Source: an uncultured bacterium
Lineage (GTDB): Bacteria > Babelota > Babeliae > Babelales > Vermiphilaceae
Direction: 5' to 3'
NCBI GenBank assembly: GCA_963695335.1
Contig: OY968764.1
Location: 256,001-320,000, forward strand
DNA length: 64,000 nucleotides
In this document: one piece after another, positions 1 to 9,980 of the stretch
Numbering within the stretch: the stretch's first letter is position 1
Layout of the letters: each line of letters begins with the position of its first letter
Program-made: the position numbers and the translations under genes
The notes under the pieces: model-generated
Told to the model about the DNA's origin: nothing
What the model saw: the letters and a program-made list of their open reading frames with translations, nothing else
Database searches by the model: none

Positions 1-32
1 TACGCTCAATACTTCACGAGATTGTTCCAATC

Positions 33-124
33 CCGTTCGTGTTGATACTTCGTCAAGCTCAGTAGTAAACGCCCTACTTGCGTGCCCTACGAAGTTTTAA
101 CGAAGTAGGGTCGAAACATACGAA
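33..124. repeat. Nested REP-like composite (family A shell containing an inverted family A core and a family B unit)
   Basis: ccgttcgtgttga (33-45) and tcgaaacatacgaa (111-124) match the ends of the intact copy at 17126-17158; the interior holds cttcgtcaagctcag and tgccctacgaagttttaacgaagtaggg. Confidence 0.7.
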
Positions 125-147
125 TTCATTAAAAAAAAGAGTATTAC

Positions 148-372
148 ATGCTAACACAAATACAACCGGGCCAAATTTGGCGCCATTATAAAAATAAAGA
201 TTATCGTATTATTGCAGTATCCTGCTATTCAGAAGATTTATCATGGTACGTTGTGTATGAAGCGTTATACGATAATCCTGTCAGTAAAATCTGGCATCGC
301 CCTCTTGATATGTTTTTAGAGAATGTAGAAATTGATAGTAAAATTGTGCCACGCTTTAAGTGTATTGAGTAA
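148..372 (+). CDS. DUF1653-family small protein
   Basis: 74 aa with WRHYKNKDY, VVYEALY, WHRPLDMF and PRF motifs typical of DUF1653. Confidence 0.85.
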   Translation: MLTQIQPGQIWRHYKNKDYRIIAVSCYSEDLSWYVVYEALYDNPVSKIWHRPLDMFLENVEIDSKIVPRFKCIE

Positions 373-379
373 AAAAAAG

Positions 380-405
380 AGGCTCCGTGCGGAGCCTTAT
401 TTTTT
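380..405. terminator. Bidirectional intrinsic terminator
   Basis: aggctcc-gtgc-ggagcct flanked by A and T runs between convergent genes. Confidence 0.75.
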
Positions 406-426
406 AGTTAGTCAACTTGTTCCATC

Positions 427-744
427 TCATTTTTCATTTCTTCCTCCAACATTCAACCCAATTTTTTTCAATTCTTGCTCAATCAATCCAGGAAGCAAAC
501 TATAGTTCGGCTTTGCTGGTAAATATTTTTCTCTATTTGCCTGTTCAAGGGTCATAAACCCCATCGCGTTCATTTCCATTTCTATCTCTCTTTTCTTCCA
601 GATTTCTTCAAGAGTTAATGGATGTGAAATCTTTGCAGGAGGTTTATTGGCAACACAACGCGATTTAGTTTCATCTTGCATCCCAAAATTCATTGCACTG
701 AAAAACAACGCACACCATACACTCAACAAGATATACCGTTTCAT
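427..744 (-). CDS. Hypothetical secreted protein
   Basis: 105 aa; signal-like N-terminus MKRYILLSVWCALFFSAMNFG|MQDE; GAGG RBS upstream. Confidence 0.7.
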   Translation of the reverse strand: MKRYILLSVWCALFFSAMNFGMQDETKSRCVANKPPAKISHPLTLEEIWKKREIEMEMNAMGFMTLEQANREKYLPAKPNYSLLPGLIEQELKKIGLNVGGRNEK

Positions 745-827
745 ATAAATTCACCTCTCATGTTTGTTATAACCAATTGTAGTTTAACTTATAGTATCAA
801 ATAATATATGACTACAAAAGGATACTC

Positions 828-1919
828 ATGAAAAAAGTATTAACCATTGGCAGTGGTATTCAAGATGTTTTCACCAAATATGACAGTGTAGAAACATTAG
901 ATTTTCATACCAAAGAAGAAGATCTTGCATATGTATGTTTACGCGCAGGAAGAAAAATAGAACTGCAAGATATTGAATATTATTGTGGTGGCGGCGCAAC
1001 CAATAGCGCCGTATCATTTGCACGTAATGGTTTTGAAGTGCAAAGCTTTTTTAAAATTGGCAATGATAAAAGTGGTGATTTTATTTTAGATAGTTTAAAA
1101 AAAGAAAATGTTTCGACTATACATGTTATTCGCACTGATGAAAAACCAACAGGCCAATCATTTATCATTCCAGGTCCGCATGGCAACAGCGCGGTTTTGG
1201 TATATCGTGGCGCAAATATTACGTTACAACAAAAAGAACTTCCTGAAAATGCAATTAAACAAGCAAATCAACTCTATATCACTTCGCTCAGTGGCCCTAC
1301 TGCACCGTTATTAATTCCCATCACACAGATGGCAAAAAAATATAATGTTCCTGTTGCAGCAAACCCTGGCACGAGTCAATTGCGTGCAGGCGCAGTATAT
1401 TTAAAAGAAGCGCTGTGCAATATAAATATTCTTATTTTAAATAGTTATGAAGCTGAATTGCTCATGACGTCATTAAACATTGAATCACCTTTACTTGCCC
1501 TTCGTAGCTTTAGCGAAGTAGGGCCGGAATTATTACAAAAACCACTTGGATCAATGAGTGCTTGTTTCACATTACAACAATTTTTTACTACCATGCACGC
1601 ATGCGGACCAGACATAATTGTTGTCACTAATGGATCGGAAGGAGTGTATGCGAGTGATAGAAACAGTATCTACTTCCATCCTAGTATAAAAATTAACATT
1701 GTCAGTAGCACTGGTGCTGGTGATGCTTTTGGATCTTCTTTTGTAGCACAACTAAATCATAATAAATCAATTGAAGATGCATTGCGCATGGGTATTATTA
1801 ACAGCTCTTCTGTTATCAAACATCTTGGTACACAAAATGGATTATTGGCAGGTAATGAATTAGAAAAAATAGCAGCTCATCTTGATAAAAAATTGCTGCA
1901 AAAATATCCACTCAAATAA
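828..1919 (+). CDS. PfkB/ribokinase-family carbohydrate kinase
   Basis: GGGATNSA N-terminal signature, NSYEA, and C-terminal SSTGAGDAF anion-hole motif. Confidence 0.92.
   Translation: MKKVLTIGSGIQDVFTKYDSVETLDFHTKEEDLAYVCLRAGRKIELQDIEYYCGGGATNSAVSFARNGFEVQSFFKIGNDKSGDFILDSLKKENVSTIHVIRTDEKPTGQSFIIPGPHGNSAVLVYRGANITLQQKELPENAIKQANQLYITSLSGPTAPLLIPITQMAKKYNVPVAANPGTSQLRAGAVYLKEALCNINILILNSYEAELLMTSLNIESPLLALRSFSEVGPELLQKPLGSMSACFTLQQFFTTMHACGPDIIVVTNGSEGVYASDRNSIYFHPSIKINIVSSTGAGDAFGSSFVAQLNHNKSIEDALRMGIINSSSVIKHLGTQNGLLAGNELEKIAAHLDKKLLQKYPLK
1494..1523 (+). repeat. Family B palindromic repeat translated in frame inside the PfkB gene (LALRSFSEVG)
   Basis: 1496-1523 tgcccttcgtagctttagcgaagtaggg matches intergenic 83-110 at 24/28 nt. 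Confidence 0.7.
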
Positions 1920-1927
1920 AAATGTCT

Positions 1928-2311
1928 TTACATTCTCGGTAAACATTTAAGCTCAACTATAAATTGTATTTTCTTTTTAATATTGCCCATTAATTCCTGA
2001 TATTGAGCATCGGTTATATTGTTATTTCTATGCAATGGCTCACCAATCAAAATATCTGCCATAATATTCAACTGCTGTATGAGATAATTTTTATTACCTA
2101 CTTTCAGTTGAGAGCCATCTAATACAGCCTCTATAGCTTGGGAAATCCAATCATCACGAAGCGTTCCCTGTGCAAAGTAAAAACGCATTCCCTGTTTTTT
2201 ACTGTTTTCTATAAACTTACGTGAATTATCAGACAGTTTCTCCATTGCCATTGATAATTGCACGCTCAAAAAACTTATCATCAATACAATTGTAACCACA
2301 TTCTTCTTCAT
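1928..2311 (-). CDS. Hypothetical secreted protein
   Basis: 127 aa; signal peptide ending LSMA|MEKL; GGGGG RBS. Confidence 0.75.
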   Translation of the reverse strand: MKKNVVTIVLMISFLSVQLSMAMEKLSDNSRKFIENSKKQGMRFYFAQGTLRDDWISQAIEAVLDGSQLKVGNKNYLIQQLNIMADILIGEPLHRNNNITDAQYQELMGNIKKKIQFIVELKCLPRM

Positions 2312-2464
2312 AACACCCCCTGTTTTTTACAAATAATGCTATATACACCCTCATTTTAATCAAACACTTATTCAAACTGCAATAGATAAGTTCTTTTTGT
2401 ATCATTTTTTTTGTTATACTCGGTACAATTTAAAGTAAAAAAATTTATCTATGGAGCTTTTAGT

Positions 2465-5170
2465 ATGGAATCGTATCAACAAACCATTGAAACTATTACG
2501 CAAACATTAAAAGTAGACCCAGAAAAAGGTCTATCTGAGCAAGAAATTATACAAAGGCAGAAAACTCATGGTTACAACGTTTTAAAAGAAGTAAAACAAC
2601 GCGGCATCATCACTATCTTTATCAGCCAATTCCAAAACCCTCTTGTCTACATACTTTTTTTCGCTGCAGTCATTATTTTTATTTTTGGTGACGATAAACT
2701 TGATGCCTTTATTATTAGCGGCGTACTGTTTTTTAATGCTATTTTGGGCACCGTACAAGAAGCACGCACCAAAAATATTATTGAAAGCCTCAAACATTAT
2801 ATCAAAGCAGAGACGGTTGTATTACGAGACGGCGCAAAAACAGTTATTGATGAACGCAATCTTGTAGTTGGCGACATTATTTTCCTACAAGAAGGCCAAC
2901 GTGTTCCGGCTGACGCACGTATTATTACAGCAACCAATCTACGTGTTGACGAAGCAATCTTAACCGGTGAAGCACATCCAGCAACAAAACAATCTGACGT
3001 TATATCTCAACAAGTTCCACTGGGCGATCGCACCAATATGATTTTTAAAGGAACATATATTTTAGCTGGTGCTGGTCAAGCTATAGTTACTGCAATAGGT
3101 TCTGAAACTGAAATTGGAAAAATCCAAGTTATTACTGAAGAAATTGATACTGAAATTCCGTTACGCAAAGAATTGGAGGTTTTATCACACTGGATTTTAC
3201 TTTTTATTATCGCCACTTGCCTCTTTTTATTTGTTGTAGGTCTTTTTACAGGTAAACCAATCAAAGAACTTCTTGTTATGCTCACTGCACTCTTTATTTG
3301 TGTGGTTCCTGAAGGGTTACCCGTTGTACTCACATTAGTGCTTGTTGCAGGAGCACTGCAGATGGCAAAACATTTTGTATTAGTACGCAATATGCAAGCA
3401 GTAGAATCTTTAGGACGCACCAATGTGATTGTGATTGATAAAACAGGCACGCTCACACGTAATGAAATGGTTGTGCCCATTGTATGGACTGCTGATAATC
3501 TTTGGAACATCAGCGGGGAAGGATATCGTTGCGAAGGCACTGTATGCAAAAACGGAACTATTATGACAGACTCAGCACTTGAAAGTGATCTGGTACACAT
3601 GGCGATCGCTGCACATCTGCTAAATAATGCTGAAATTATTCATATCCCCAAACTAGATATTTTTGAAATTAAAGGTGATCCAACCGAAGCTGCACTTTTT
3701 GTTTTTTCAGAAAAAATAAAATCTACGTTTGAGCATAATATTACACAATATCAAAAAATATATGAAATACCTTTTGAATCTACCACACGATATCATGCTG
3801 GTTTTTATAAAATAAATAATGAGGCTATAGCTTTTATCATTGGATCACCAGAAACAGTATTTGCACGCTCATCTGAAATGCCCAAGTCAGCAGAAGATAC
3901 GTTAAACACATTTCTCAAAGATGGATTACGAGTTGTTGCATTTGGCATGAAAAAATTCAATGCTGATGACCTTGCAAACGTTACAGAGCGCGCACAATAC
4001 GAAGATCTTTTAGCAAACAATGTAACATTCCTTGGTCTTGCAGGCATTGAAGATTCCATTAGATCAGAAGTAACACCAATCATTACTAAAGCACGCAATG
4101 CAGGATTATCAATCATCATGGCAACAGGAGATCATCAACAAACCGCACTCAATGTTGCAAAACGTGTCGGTATTTTTCGCGAAGGTGACGATATTGTTGA
4201 TGGATCAAACATCGACCAATTAACCGATGAGCAACTGCTTGTACGCCTTGATCATATCACTGTATTTTCACGCGTATCGGCGCAACACAAAATGCGTATC
4301 ATCAGTTTGTTACAAAAATCAGGAAAAATTGTTGCCATGACAGGTGATGGCATTAATGATGCTCCATCGTTGGTTAAAGCAGATTTGGGAATTGCAATGG
4401 GAAAATCAGGAACAGAAGTTGCAAAACAAGCTGCAGATTTAGTGCTGCTCAATGACTCTTTTGCAACCATTATTGAAGCAATAGAAGAAGGCAGACATAT
4501 TTTTTACACACTCAAACGCATCGTGCTGTATTTCTTTTCAACGAATATGGGAGAAATATTAATTGTATTGTTCGCGTTTCTTACAACACTGTTTACGGGA
4601 ATAGATTTACCACTTCCTATAACTGCCGTTCAAATTTTATGGCTCAACTTGGTAACCGATGGATTTTTGGATGTTGGTTTATCAATGGAACCCAAAGAAT
4701 CAGGATTGCTTGAACAACATTGGCTTGAAAAAAAACAACACCTGATTGATATCCCATTATTACTCAAAATGTTATTCATGGCAATTCCAATGGGAATTGG
4801 TTCATTAGCAGTATTTTTACACTATTATCAAACTGATCTTGCACATGCACGCACCATGACACTTATCACCATGGCAATGTATCAATGGTTTAATGCGTGG
4901 AATTGCCGCTCAGAAACACGTTCACTCTTTTCACTCGGTCTATTCACTAACAAATGGCTTATTGCTGTTATGGCTCTTGTTCTTGCGCTGCAATCAGCAA
5001 TTGTATATCTCCCATTCATGCGTCATATCTTTAAAACTGTACCACTCACAATACATGATTGGATTATTGTTGTGACTGTATCTGCTCCTATTATTATCCT
5101 TGAAGAAATTCGTAAAGCTATTGCGCGTAAGCAACATGCACACATTGACGCTTTACAACAAAAAGAGTAA
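2465..5170 (+). CDS. P-type ATPase, P2A/Ca2+-type cation transporter
   Basis: TGE, PEGL, DKTGTLT, TGD, GDGINDAP, QILWLNLVTDG motifs; start moved to ATG 2465 behind GGAG. Confidence 0.95.
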   Translation: MESYQQTIETITQTLKVDPEKGLSEQEIIQRQKTHGYNVLKEVKQRGIITIFISQFQNPLVYILFFAAVIIFIFGDDKLDAFIISGVLFFNAILGTVQEARTKNIIESLKHYIKAETVVLRDGAKTVIDERNLVVGDIIFLQEGQRVPADARIITATNLRVDEAILTGEAHPATKQSDVISQQVPLGDRTNMIFKGTYILAGAGQAIVTAIGSETEIGKIQVITEEIDTEIPLRKELEVLSHWILLFIIATCLFLFVVGLFTGKPIKELLVMLTALFICVVPEGLPVVLTLVLVAGALQMAKHFVLVRNMQAVESLGRTNVIVIDKTGTLTRNEMVVPIVWTADNLWNISGEGYRCEGTVCKNGTIMTDSALESDLVHMAIAAHLLNNAEIIHIPKLDIFEIKGDPTEAALFVFSEKIKSTFEHNITQYQKIYEIPFESTTRYHAGFYKINNEAIAFIIGSPETVFARSSEMPKSAEDTLNTFLKDGLRVVAFGMKKFNADDLANVTERAQYEDLLANNVTFLGLAGIEDSIRSEVTPIITKARNAGLSIIMATGDHQQTALNVAKRVGIFREGDDIVDGSNIDQLTDEQLLVRLDHITVFSRVSAQHKMRIISLLQKSGKIVAMTGDGINDAPSLVKADLGIAMGKSGTEVAKQAADLVLLNDSFATIIEAIEEGRHIFYTLKRIVLYFFSTNMGEILIVLFAFLTTLFTGIDLPLPITAVQILWLNLVTDGFLDVGLSMEPKESGLLEQHWLEKKQHLIDIPLLLKMLFMAIPMGIGSLAVFLHYYQTDLAHARTMTLITMAMYQWFNAWNCRSETRSLFSLGLFTNKWLIAVMALVLALQSAIVYLPFMRHIFKTVPLTIHDWIIVVTVSAPIIILEEIRKAIARKQHAHIDALQQKE

Positions 5171-5214
5171 AGTTTAAGAAAAAAAATTTTACTTATCTTT
5201 TAACAAGGAAAAAA

Positions 5215-5892
5215 ATGAAAAATCGCATCCTCACAACAACAACTCTCTGTGTAACTCTCCTCAATTCAATCAACGCTGAAACACAAACAGCTGCAAAACC
5301 AAAAACCATTTCTTCTGTAGCAGATGTGATGGGTGATAGCAAAGTTACCATCGATGCAGCAATTGGATTTATTGAATCATTTGCTGTAATGGGAGATTGT
5401 CAAGAAGGCCTCAAGGCACGTAAAGAAATAGAAACAAAACGTGACCTTGCTGGCAAAGAAATCCAAGACGAAGCAAAAAAATATGAAAAAGCAAAAAATG
5501 ATTACATCAGCAAATCAACAACTATGAGTGATGCAGCACGTGCAAAAGAAGAAAAACAGCTGATGAAACTAGAAAATGATATCAAAACTCTTGCATCTGA
5601 AAAAGAAGATGAACTTAAAATGGATATGCAATTTGCTACTGAAAATTTAGCACAAAATCTTGATGCAACTGTGGCAAAACTTGCTCAAGCAGAAAATCTC
5701 GACATCATTTTTGATAAAATGACCGGCCGCGCAATGTATGTTTCTGATAAATTTGATTACACCAATAAAGCAATCAAAGAAATGGACAAAAGTTACGAAA
5801 TTAAACTCGCACAAAACAAACAAGCTGAATCTGCAACAAAGCTAGCTGACAATAAAACAGCTCCTGCTGCAAAAGCTAAAGTAAGTGCGTAA
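5215..5892 (+). CDS. OmpH/Skp-like periplasmic chaperone
   Basis: Signal peptide, IGFI beta strand, long coiled coil, LDIIFDK and YVSDKFDYTNKAIK C-terminal pattern. Confidence 0.75.
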   Translation: MKNRILTTTTLCVTLLNSINAETQTAAKPKTISSVADVMGDSKVTIDAAIGFIESFAVMGDCQEGLKARKEIETKRDLAGKEIQDEAKKYEKAKNDYISKSTTMSDAARAKEEKQLMKLENDIKTLASEKEDELKMDMQFATENLAQNLDATVAKLAQAENLDIIFDKMTGRAMYVSDKFDYTNKAIKEMDKSYEIKLAQNKQAESATKLADNKTAPAAKAKVSA

Positions 5893-5925
5893 TACAACAG
5901 ATCACACAATAAAAAGGGTCCTCTC

Positions 5926-6546
5926 ATGAAAAAAATATTATTCTTATCTTGTTTACTCATTCCTGCAGCTATGCATTGCATGGAGAAAGAAACACAAGTT
6001 ATCAATCGTCCATTGCAGTACTCTGATATAGAACATGAAGTATCTAGATTCGATGAACTTTTGGATAACAATCAACACTGGTTATATAGAAAAGGGGGCG
6101 ATGATCCTTTATCCATTCTTGTAGCATGTAAATATCCTGACCGTACGTATAGATGCCCAGAATATAATATAGGAATTTTACGTGAACATAATTCAACAAC
6201 TCTTGCAACTATGGATTACCTAAAAAATGCTAATTATAATGGTTTCTCTGCTATAGGAGCAGTAACTTTATCAACTACGATACATTATAAGGAACAAAAA
6301 CAAATTATACAGAAACTAATCAAAGCCGGTTATCCAGTTACAGAAAAAGATAAATTGCTTGTTTTGCATCTTGAACAAACAATACATCATAACTACCCTG
6401 ACAAGACATCTGATTTGCTCGATCACACAGAAGAAAGTTATCGCTGCAATCTCTTAGGTCAATTCTGTAATTTCATTGTTTATCTTTGTAATTTATGTCC
6501 TATTAACCTAACACAAGATGAAAAACAAAATCTGCACTTTGAATAA
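5926..6546 (+). CDS. Secreted orphan protein, tandem paralog family member 1
   Basis: MKKILFLSCLLIPAAMHC|MEKE; GFSAIG..KQIIQKL..G...TEKDK motif shared with neighbours. Confidence 0.75.
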   Translation: MKKILFLSCLLIPAAMHCMEKETQVINRPLQYSDIEHEVSRFDELLDNNQHWLYRKGGDDPLSILVACKYPDRTYRCPEYNIGILREHNSTTLATMDYLKNANYNGFSAIGAVTLSTTIHYKEQKQIIQKLIKAGYPVTEKDKLLVLHLEQTIHHNYPDKTSDLLDHTEESYRCNLLGQFCNFIVYLCNLCPINLTQDEKQNLHFE

Positions 6547-6559
6547 CCAAGGCATTCTT

Positions 6560-7006
6560 ATGAAAAAAATACTTTTCTTATCTTTTTTACTCATTCCTGC
6601 TACTACACAGTGTATGAAAACAAAAGGACCCAACTTAAGTAAAATGAGTCCAAAAAAACGTCATGAATTTGTATTACAAAATCTATATAACAAGAAACAG
6701 CCTATTGAAACAGTATACTATCAAGAAAACCATGACCATGCAGGTATAATGCAAAAACAATTAAAAACAATTGATGTTCATGGATATTCTGCTATAGGTC
6801 TTGCGGCTGTATCAATCAAAGTATTGTCTCTCATGCCAACTGATAAAAAAGAGTATTTTAATGAAGAATCATACAAAGAAAAAAAACATTACATTAAACA
6901 GTTAAAAAAACTTGGTATTAAGGCCACATCAAAAGACAAACAGCTTCTTTTACAAATTAAAAAAGAAGCAAGAATGAATTGTCATAGAACTGATGTACGC
7001 AATTAA
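6560..7006 (+). CDS. Secreted orphan protein, family member 2
   Basis: MKKILFLSFLLIPATTQC|MKTK; GYSAIG..KKHYIKQLKKLG...TSKDK; start moved to match paralog. Confidence 0.75.
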   Translation: MKKILFLSFLLIPATTQCMKTKGPNLSKMSPKKRHEFVLQNLYNKKQPIETVYYQENHDHAGIMQKQLKTIDVHGYSAIGLAAVSIKVLSLMPTDKKEYFNEESYKEKKHYIKQLKKLGIKATSKDKQLLLQIKKEARMNCHRTDVRN

Positions 7007-7027
7007 CAAGCATAAAACATATTTTTA

Positions 7028-7057
7028 TAGCGGTTGGGCAATCCAACCGCTATTTTT
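7028..7057 (+). terminator. Intrinsic terminator
   Basis: tagcggttgg-gcaat-ccaaccgcta followed by ttttt. Confidence 0.75.
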
Positions 7058-7070
7058 GAATACATACCCT

Positions 7071-7694
7071 ATGAAACACACAACACTATTTTCAATTTCA
7101 CTTTTTTTATTATTCCCTACTGCAATGCAATGCATGAAAAAAGAAAAAGAAATCATTCTTATTCCAAAAACTATGCAAGAAATCAAAGACGAACGTGATT
7201 TTATTTACAACAAATCTTATTACCACGAAGACCCGATAAATAACATTTTAATTCAACGTAACTGGCAAGGATTTTTAAATTTTTTAAAACACCGACAATG
7301 GATGGAAGCGCAACTACACTATGATTATGATAGCTTAGAGGATGATCCAGATCTTGCTTGGTATCAACAATATACCTCCAGAGGTTATTCACTTGCAGGA
7401 ATTGCTACAATAGCACTCTACACATTCAATCCAGATCTTCCATTCAAACAACATGTATCCTTTTCGGACAAAAAAGAATTTATACTAAAACTTCAAGCAT
7501 TTGATTTTCAAACAACAAGCAAAGACAAATATCTTGCCTTACGCACAAAATATGACGAATTTGGGCCGGCAATAATTAAAAAAATGTTACTTCTGCAGGA
7601 TATGCTGCTTTTATCAGAGATAGATGTGCCACAAGAAGCCATACACGATATACCATTACTTATGTTTGAAGCCGAAGAATCATTACTTTGTTGA
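7071..7694 (+). CDS. Secreted orphan protein, family member 3
   Basis: MKHTTLFSISLFLLFPTAMQC|MKKE..PKTMQEIK; C-terminus EFGPAIIKKMLLLQD..IPLLMFEAEESLLC. Confidence 0.75.
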   Translation: MKHTTLFSISLFLLFPTAMQCMKKEKEIILIPKTMQEIKDERDFIYNKSYYHEDPINNILIQRNWQGFLNFLKHRQWMEAQLHYDYDSLEDDPDLAWYQQYTSRGYSLAGIATIALYTFNPDLPFKQHVSFSDKKEFILKLQAFDFQTTSKDKYLALRTKYDEFGPAIIKKMLLLQDMLLLSEIDVPQEAIHDIPLLMFEAEESLLC

Positions 7695-7746
7695 TGAATA
7701 TGCTATAGTAACAATAAACAAATCTGTAATATAAAATGAGTTTATT

Positions 7747-9315
7747 ATGAAAAAACTATCCATCGGCATTCAAACATTTTCTAAATTAATAAAAGAAAAT
7801 TATATATACGTTGATAAAACTGATATCATTCATCAACTCATCAGCCGTGGTAGTTATTATTTCTTTTCTCGTCCTCGTCGATTTGGTAAATCTCTGCTTG
7901 TTTCCACGCTGGCCGAAATTTTCAGTGGAAATAAGGAACTTTTTTCAGGACTCGCAATAGATTCACTACCATATGATTGGGAAAAACATCCTGTAGTACT
8001 CATTTCTTTTGCAGGAATATCTTATTCTACTCTCGAAACCTTAGAAGATGGCATCAAGCTTTATTTGCAAGATATTGCACATAACTACAATATTTCTCTA
8101 GAAAAAAATCTTACTCCAAGTGAAACATTACGTGCTCTTATCAAAGAGCTCGCAAAAAACAAGCCTGTTGCTTTGTTAATTGATGAATATGATTATCCTA
8201 TTTTAAAGCATATTCATCATCAAGAAATGGCTGATGCAATCCGTGAAACATTGAAAAATTTTTATACCGTTATTAAAGACCTTGATCCTTATCTTACATT
8301 TGTCTTTTTGACGGGTATCAGCAAGTTTCCCCGAACATCAATTTTCTCAGGCCTCAACAATTTAAACGATATAAGCTTAGATGCAAGATATAACAATCTA
8401 CTGGGATATACAGAATCTGAAATAACTACCTATTTTCCAGACTACTTAACGTCTGCAGCTCAACAAAATAATTATAATGTTAATACATTACTGCAAAACA
8501 TAGAGCTTTGGTATGACGGTTATAAATTCTGTAGTGCACCCAATGCTATCAAACTATATAACCCATTTTCAGTCTTACTGTTTTTTTCAAAAGAAAAATT
8601 TTCCAATTATTGGTTTGAAACAGGTACTCCAACATTTCTTATAAATCTGATTAAACACCACAATTATCCTATGCAAGATTTTGAAGCCATACAGGCTACT
8701 GAACTCGAATTAGGAATGTTTGATATGCATACTATTCCATTAAAAACATTATTATATCAAACGGGATATTTAACCATTCGCGGATATGATACTTTTACTC
8801 ACAACTACATTCTTGGATATCCAAATAAAGAAACTATCGATTCGCTCAGCTCGCTTGTTCTTTCATCCATGACTTCTTTATCTGGTGATCAATTTAACAC
8901 CATTGTTGCCAAATTGTCCCAACTTTTTGACCATTACAAACTAGATCAATTACATTCTTTATTAACAACAATCTTTGCAACAATCCCCTATGGTATTCAT
9001 GTCAATGAAGAAAAATATTATCAAACGATTTTTTATTTAATTCTCAAAATGATTGGTGCTCACATAATTGTTGAACATCAAACCAATATTGGTCGAATAG
9101 ATGCAGTTATTCAAACAAAAAATGATTGTTTTATTATTGAATTCAAAATAAACGCTTCAGCTGAAACTGCATTACAACAAATCGAGAACAAAAAGTATTA
9201 TCAACAATATCAATCCCTTAATAAAAAAATCACGTTAATTGGCATTGCATTTGATACAACCACAAAAAATGTTAGCAATGTTATATACAAAGGAATGGAA
9301 GAATCACTCCTATGA
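7747..9315 (+). CDS. AAA-ATPase-like protein with C-terminal PD-(D/E)XK nuclease
   Basis: YVDKT, RPRRFGKSL Walker A, LIDEYD Walker B, SGLNNL, YNPFS, YWFETGTP, GRID..IIEFK, ALQQI..KKY. Confidence 0.92.
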   Translation: MKKLSIGIQTFSKLIKENYIYVDKTDIIHQLISRGSYYFFSRPRRFGKSLLVSTLAEIFSGNKELFSGLAIDSLPYDWEKHPVVLISFAGISYSTLETLEDGIKLYLQDIAHNYNISLEKNLTPSETLRALIKELAKNKPVALLIDEYDYPILKHIHHQEMADAIRETLKNFYTVIKDLDPYLTFVFLTGISKFPRTSIFSGLNNLNDISLDARYNNLLGYTESEITTYFPDYLTSAAQQNNYNVNTLLQNIELWYDGYKFCSAPNAIKLYNPFSVLLFFSKEKFSNYWFETGTPTFLINLIKHHNYPMQDFEAIQATELELGMFDMHTIPLKTLLYQTGYLTIRGYDTFTHNYILGYPNKETIDSLSSLVLSSMTSLSGDQFNTIVAKLSQLFDHYKLDQLHSLLTTIFATIPYGIHVNEEKYYQTIFYLILKMIGAHIIVEHQTNIGRIDAVIQTKNDCFIIEFKINASAETALQQIENKKYYQQYQSLNKKITLIGIAFDTTTKNVSNVIYKGMEESLL

Positions 9316-9968
9316 ACAACAAAATATTATTATCACTCTCACTCTTTTTAGTATTCCCTGCAGCAACACATTGCATGGAAAAAGAAATAGTTTTAAAACC
9401 AAAAACTATGCAAGAAATCAAAAATGAATGTGTTAAGTTTGAAATAACATTACATAATAACTACTTATTCTGGTGGTGGGGTACAACAGATTGCCCCAAT
9501 AGCTTCTTTTTAGACTGCACCTATCGTCAAGAATTTCACAAAGAAACATATAGAGAACGAGCTTCTCATTGCCAAAACTTACAGACTATATTAGATGAAA
9601 ATTTTTTTCGATCATATAATATTAAAAATTTGTCAAAACTACCAGCTGATCAACTAAAAATTCTCAAAAAGATACGTTCTGATGAGGATGCATTATATTC
9701 ATGTTTGGGGTCTGCTACCATGGCACAAAATGTATCGTTTCAAGAAATAAAAGAATTTATACAAAAATTACTAAATCTTGGATTTGCACCAACTCCAAAC
9801 GATAAAGAACTTGCTTTCTTCAGAAAATATCAAGAATTTGGGCCAGCAATAATCAAAAAAATGTTATTGCTGCAAGACATATTGCTTACATTAGACACAG
9901 ACATACGACAAGCATTCATAAAATATATACCTCTCCTCATGTTTGAAATAGAAGAATCATTACTGTAA
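9312..9968 (+). CDS. Secreted orphan protein, family member 4
   Basis: AATHC|MEKE..PKTMQEIK; C-terminus nearly identical to member 3. Confidence 0.75.
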   Translation: MNNKILLSLSLFLVFPAATHCMEKEIVLKPKTMQEIKNECVKFEITLHNNYLFWWWGTTDCPNSFFLDCTYRQEFHKETYRERASHCQNLQTILDENFFRSYNIKNLSKLPADQLKILKKIRSDEDALYSCLGSATMAQNVSFQEIKEFIQKLLNLGFAPTPNDKELAFFRKYQEFGPAIIKKMLLLQDILLTLDTDIRQAFIKYIPLLMFEIEESLL

Positions 9969-9980
9969 AAAAATAAATTT

